DNA of 64,000 nt from Orbicella franksi (lineage: Eukaryota). Under the pieces are notes generated by a model that was given only the letters and a program-made list of their open reading frames with translations, was not told where the DNA came from and did not search any database. This document shows, in pieces, positions 61,743 to 64,000 of the stretch. Each line of letters begins with the position of its first letter. Position 1 is the first letter of the stretch. A program made the position numbers and the translations under genes. The stretch spans positions 4,402,001-4,466,000 of the forward strand of contig OZ116707.1 in NCBI GenBank assembly GCA_964199315.1, written 5' to 3'.

Positions 61743-63055
61743 AATTTAAACTCATTAACATGTGGTGCAGTGTGGGTGAATGGCTAGGGGCAAATCACTG
61801 GTTACAAGATTATTAAGTATTATGCAACACTATGGCATATTCATTGAGTATTTTTTAACAAGAATTATGAATTAAAATTTTTAACAAATTACAATTAAGT
61901 AGCACAAAATTGTGTCCACCCTTACTGCCCCTTCGTCCATTTAGCCGTCCTTGACTCAACTGTCCATTTGTGGTCCAAACAAGTACTAAAAACAAGCCAT
62001 CCATGCAATTACTATTTAAATGACTCTGAAGAAGTCCACATTTACTTGACATACATTCTTAATCAGCTGAGCTATCAGCTGAGCTATCTTGCTAACCTAC
62101 ACAAAGGTTTGATTCAAACCATCCTTTCACATCTTCTATGATATCTCTTTAAGAGGAAAGATCTATATCACTCAATGTTAAGTTCCCATACTTTGCTGGA
62201 TAATTAACTAAGACATAATTCTTGTGAATTAAAGTTTGAGCAAGCAACTTGGAAACCACTGGCTTAGGCTTTCCTCGCACACTTGAAACTTTGAGAAATT
62301 GGCAAGCAGGTAAAATCTGGTTGTGCAGTTTCACATCACAAATTTTCTTTTCCCCAAATTCCACCATGAGGATACCCACTGAAATGGTAATACAGAAAAA
62401 GACTATCAAAGTAAGTGGAGTACATGTATGCACCAGTCAGTGCCTAAAACAGTTTATTTTGAAAAGGATTTAGAGGAGTTTTTTGTGTGCACAAAACATG
62501 AGAAGACAGCAATCAAGGGAACATTAAGAACAATGTCATTCTCTGGAAAACTTAGTTTTTTGTCATGGAATAAAAAAGTAAAATTTACAATCAACTGGCC
62601 CTTACTGTCTGTTTCTCCCTCTTCAGACATGTTATCACTGTTGTCACAACTTGAACCACTAGAACTTGCAACACTGTCATTAAGTGCTTTCTTTTGGCGA
62701 GGTTCAAGGTCACTACTACATTCACCTGAACTTGATCTCCGTTTGCTCTAAACAATTAGAAAAGGGGTCAGTTACAATGTGTTAAAACATTTATGCCTAT
62801 AAAATTTTGGCACAGAATCCACACAAATCCCCCAGAAGACCTTTGACAATTTTAAACAAATTATTAACTTCAGTCAATTCATAAATGTAAAAGTTACAAA
62901 AGCCACCTGTTTTTGGTTTTTCAGTTACCTTTAATAAATAGAATCAGTTTCAGCAGGCTGACTGGTTTTAGATAAACTAATTATTTTAATAAATGCTGCT
63001 TTATAAAATGAGAGACACCTCCATTACTGTCTCCTTCATTTTCCTCCACAGCAAT

Positions 63056-63482
63056 AAGGTTTCATCAAAGGAGAGGCTTTAAGACTTCTCAGAACGAACT
63101 CTTCTAAGAAAATATTTGAAGAGAAAATCAAAACCTTCAAGTCACACCTTATTGAGAGAGGTTACCCAGAGAATCTTATTCAAGCAACCCTCTCTGAAGT
63201 GAACTTTGAAGAGAGGAAACTAGCCCTCCAACCAAAACAGAGAGAAAACAAACGAATCTTGCCTTTTGTCACACAATATCAACCATCAGTGCCAAACCTA
63301 AAACAAATCCTAATGAAAAAATGGCATTTAATAGAACAACCATTACTGAGCGAAATCTACAAGGATCCGCCCCTCGTTTCATACAAAAGAGGGCGTTCGC
63401 TCAAAGATATACTTGTGAGAGCCAAACTATAAAAGGCTAAAACACGCGCTTGAGAGTCGTGCAGGCCTGTCAACCCCATTTT
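63056..63482 (+). mobile_element. 5'-truncated Penelope-like element, 3' end
   Basis: GFIKGEALRLLRTNSS..RGYPE..LPFVTQY..RGRSLKDILVRAKL*, followed by gagtcgtgcaggcctgtc. Confidence 0.85.
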
Positions 63483-64000
63483 ACGCACATGAGTGAGGTG
63501 AAATAATCGCATTTCATTGACTTTTCACCAGAAAAGGAATTTTTTTGGAAAAATTAGGATCCCAGGGTGTTGGTCTCCTACACAGCTGTTTTTTGGGATG
63601 TCACGCAAGGCTTGCATGACATCACGAAAAACGGCTGCGTGGTAGACTACATACTACAATGGTGTCGGCGGGAGTGAAAACCCTAGCATAAAATTAGCCA
63701 AACCCAATCCCACTACAATTTTCAATAAGCTATTTCCAAAATCTGTACTATTTTTTTGACATGTGATCTGATATTTGTCATGATTTTCCTCACTGCCATA
63801 CCCTAAGTCCAAAAGCTTTATTTTTGAAATTATTGTGTGTAATCTATTGCGTCTGTTTAAAAATAAATTAGCGTGTCGTTGTTTGTTTATATAATTTCTT
63901 CCTTTTTCCCGTTTTCTCATTTTTTCATTCAAGTCCACAAAGTTTATCTTGGATTTTTATACCCAAGTGTTGGAAGACAAACTGGGTACCACCTCTGTAT

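Noticed and set aside
58000-62750. Short ORFs in the AT-rich distal region
   Set aside because: No recognisable domains, and lengths are compatible with chance or very decayed repeats.

Overview
Eukaryotic, AT-rich, repeat-saturated DNA. The element repertoire (Crypton, Kolobok, IS3EU-like, Penelope-like, Transib/RAG1-like, many MITEs) is typical of a marine invertebrate, probably a cnidarian such as a stony coral; this is inferred, not proven. I see no intact host gene: the only host-type sequence is a rhodopsin-family GPCR pseudogene (about 4.6-5.3 kb). The rest is a nested transposon graveyard. It holds Penelope-like RT elements, an intron-containing IS3EU-like DDE transposase, a CRESS-virus-like HUH Rep/SF3 helicase gene lying tail-to-tail with a Tc1 DD34E transposase, and a MULE transposase split by an insertion with an 8-bp TSD. 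It also holds a 2A-like peptide followed by a deubiquitinase-like fragment, and a full two-LTR Gypsy element containing an L2 fragment that in turn contains a young pogo transposon with a second, HIRAN-domain gene. Further along are a Kolobok-type transposase/P2X7-ballast-like gene pair, Helitron and Chapaev/Transib fragments, a Crypton with a perfect 41-bp-arm palindrome, and a highly diverged RAG1/Transib-like transposase. The strongest leads are the endogenous Rep-SF3 helicase unit, the pogo+HIRAN two-gene transposon, and two divergent Penelope-like RTs that both stop before any endonuclease domain and share a 3' motif. All family assignments come from motif recognition by eye; no searches were run.
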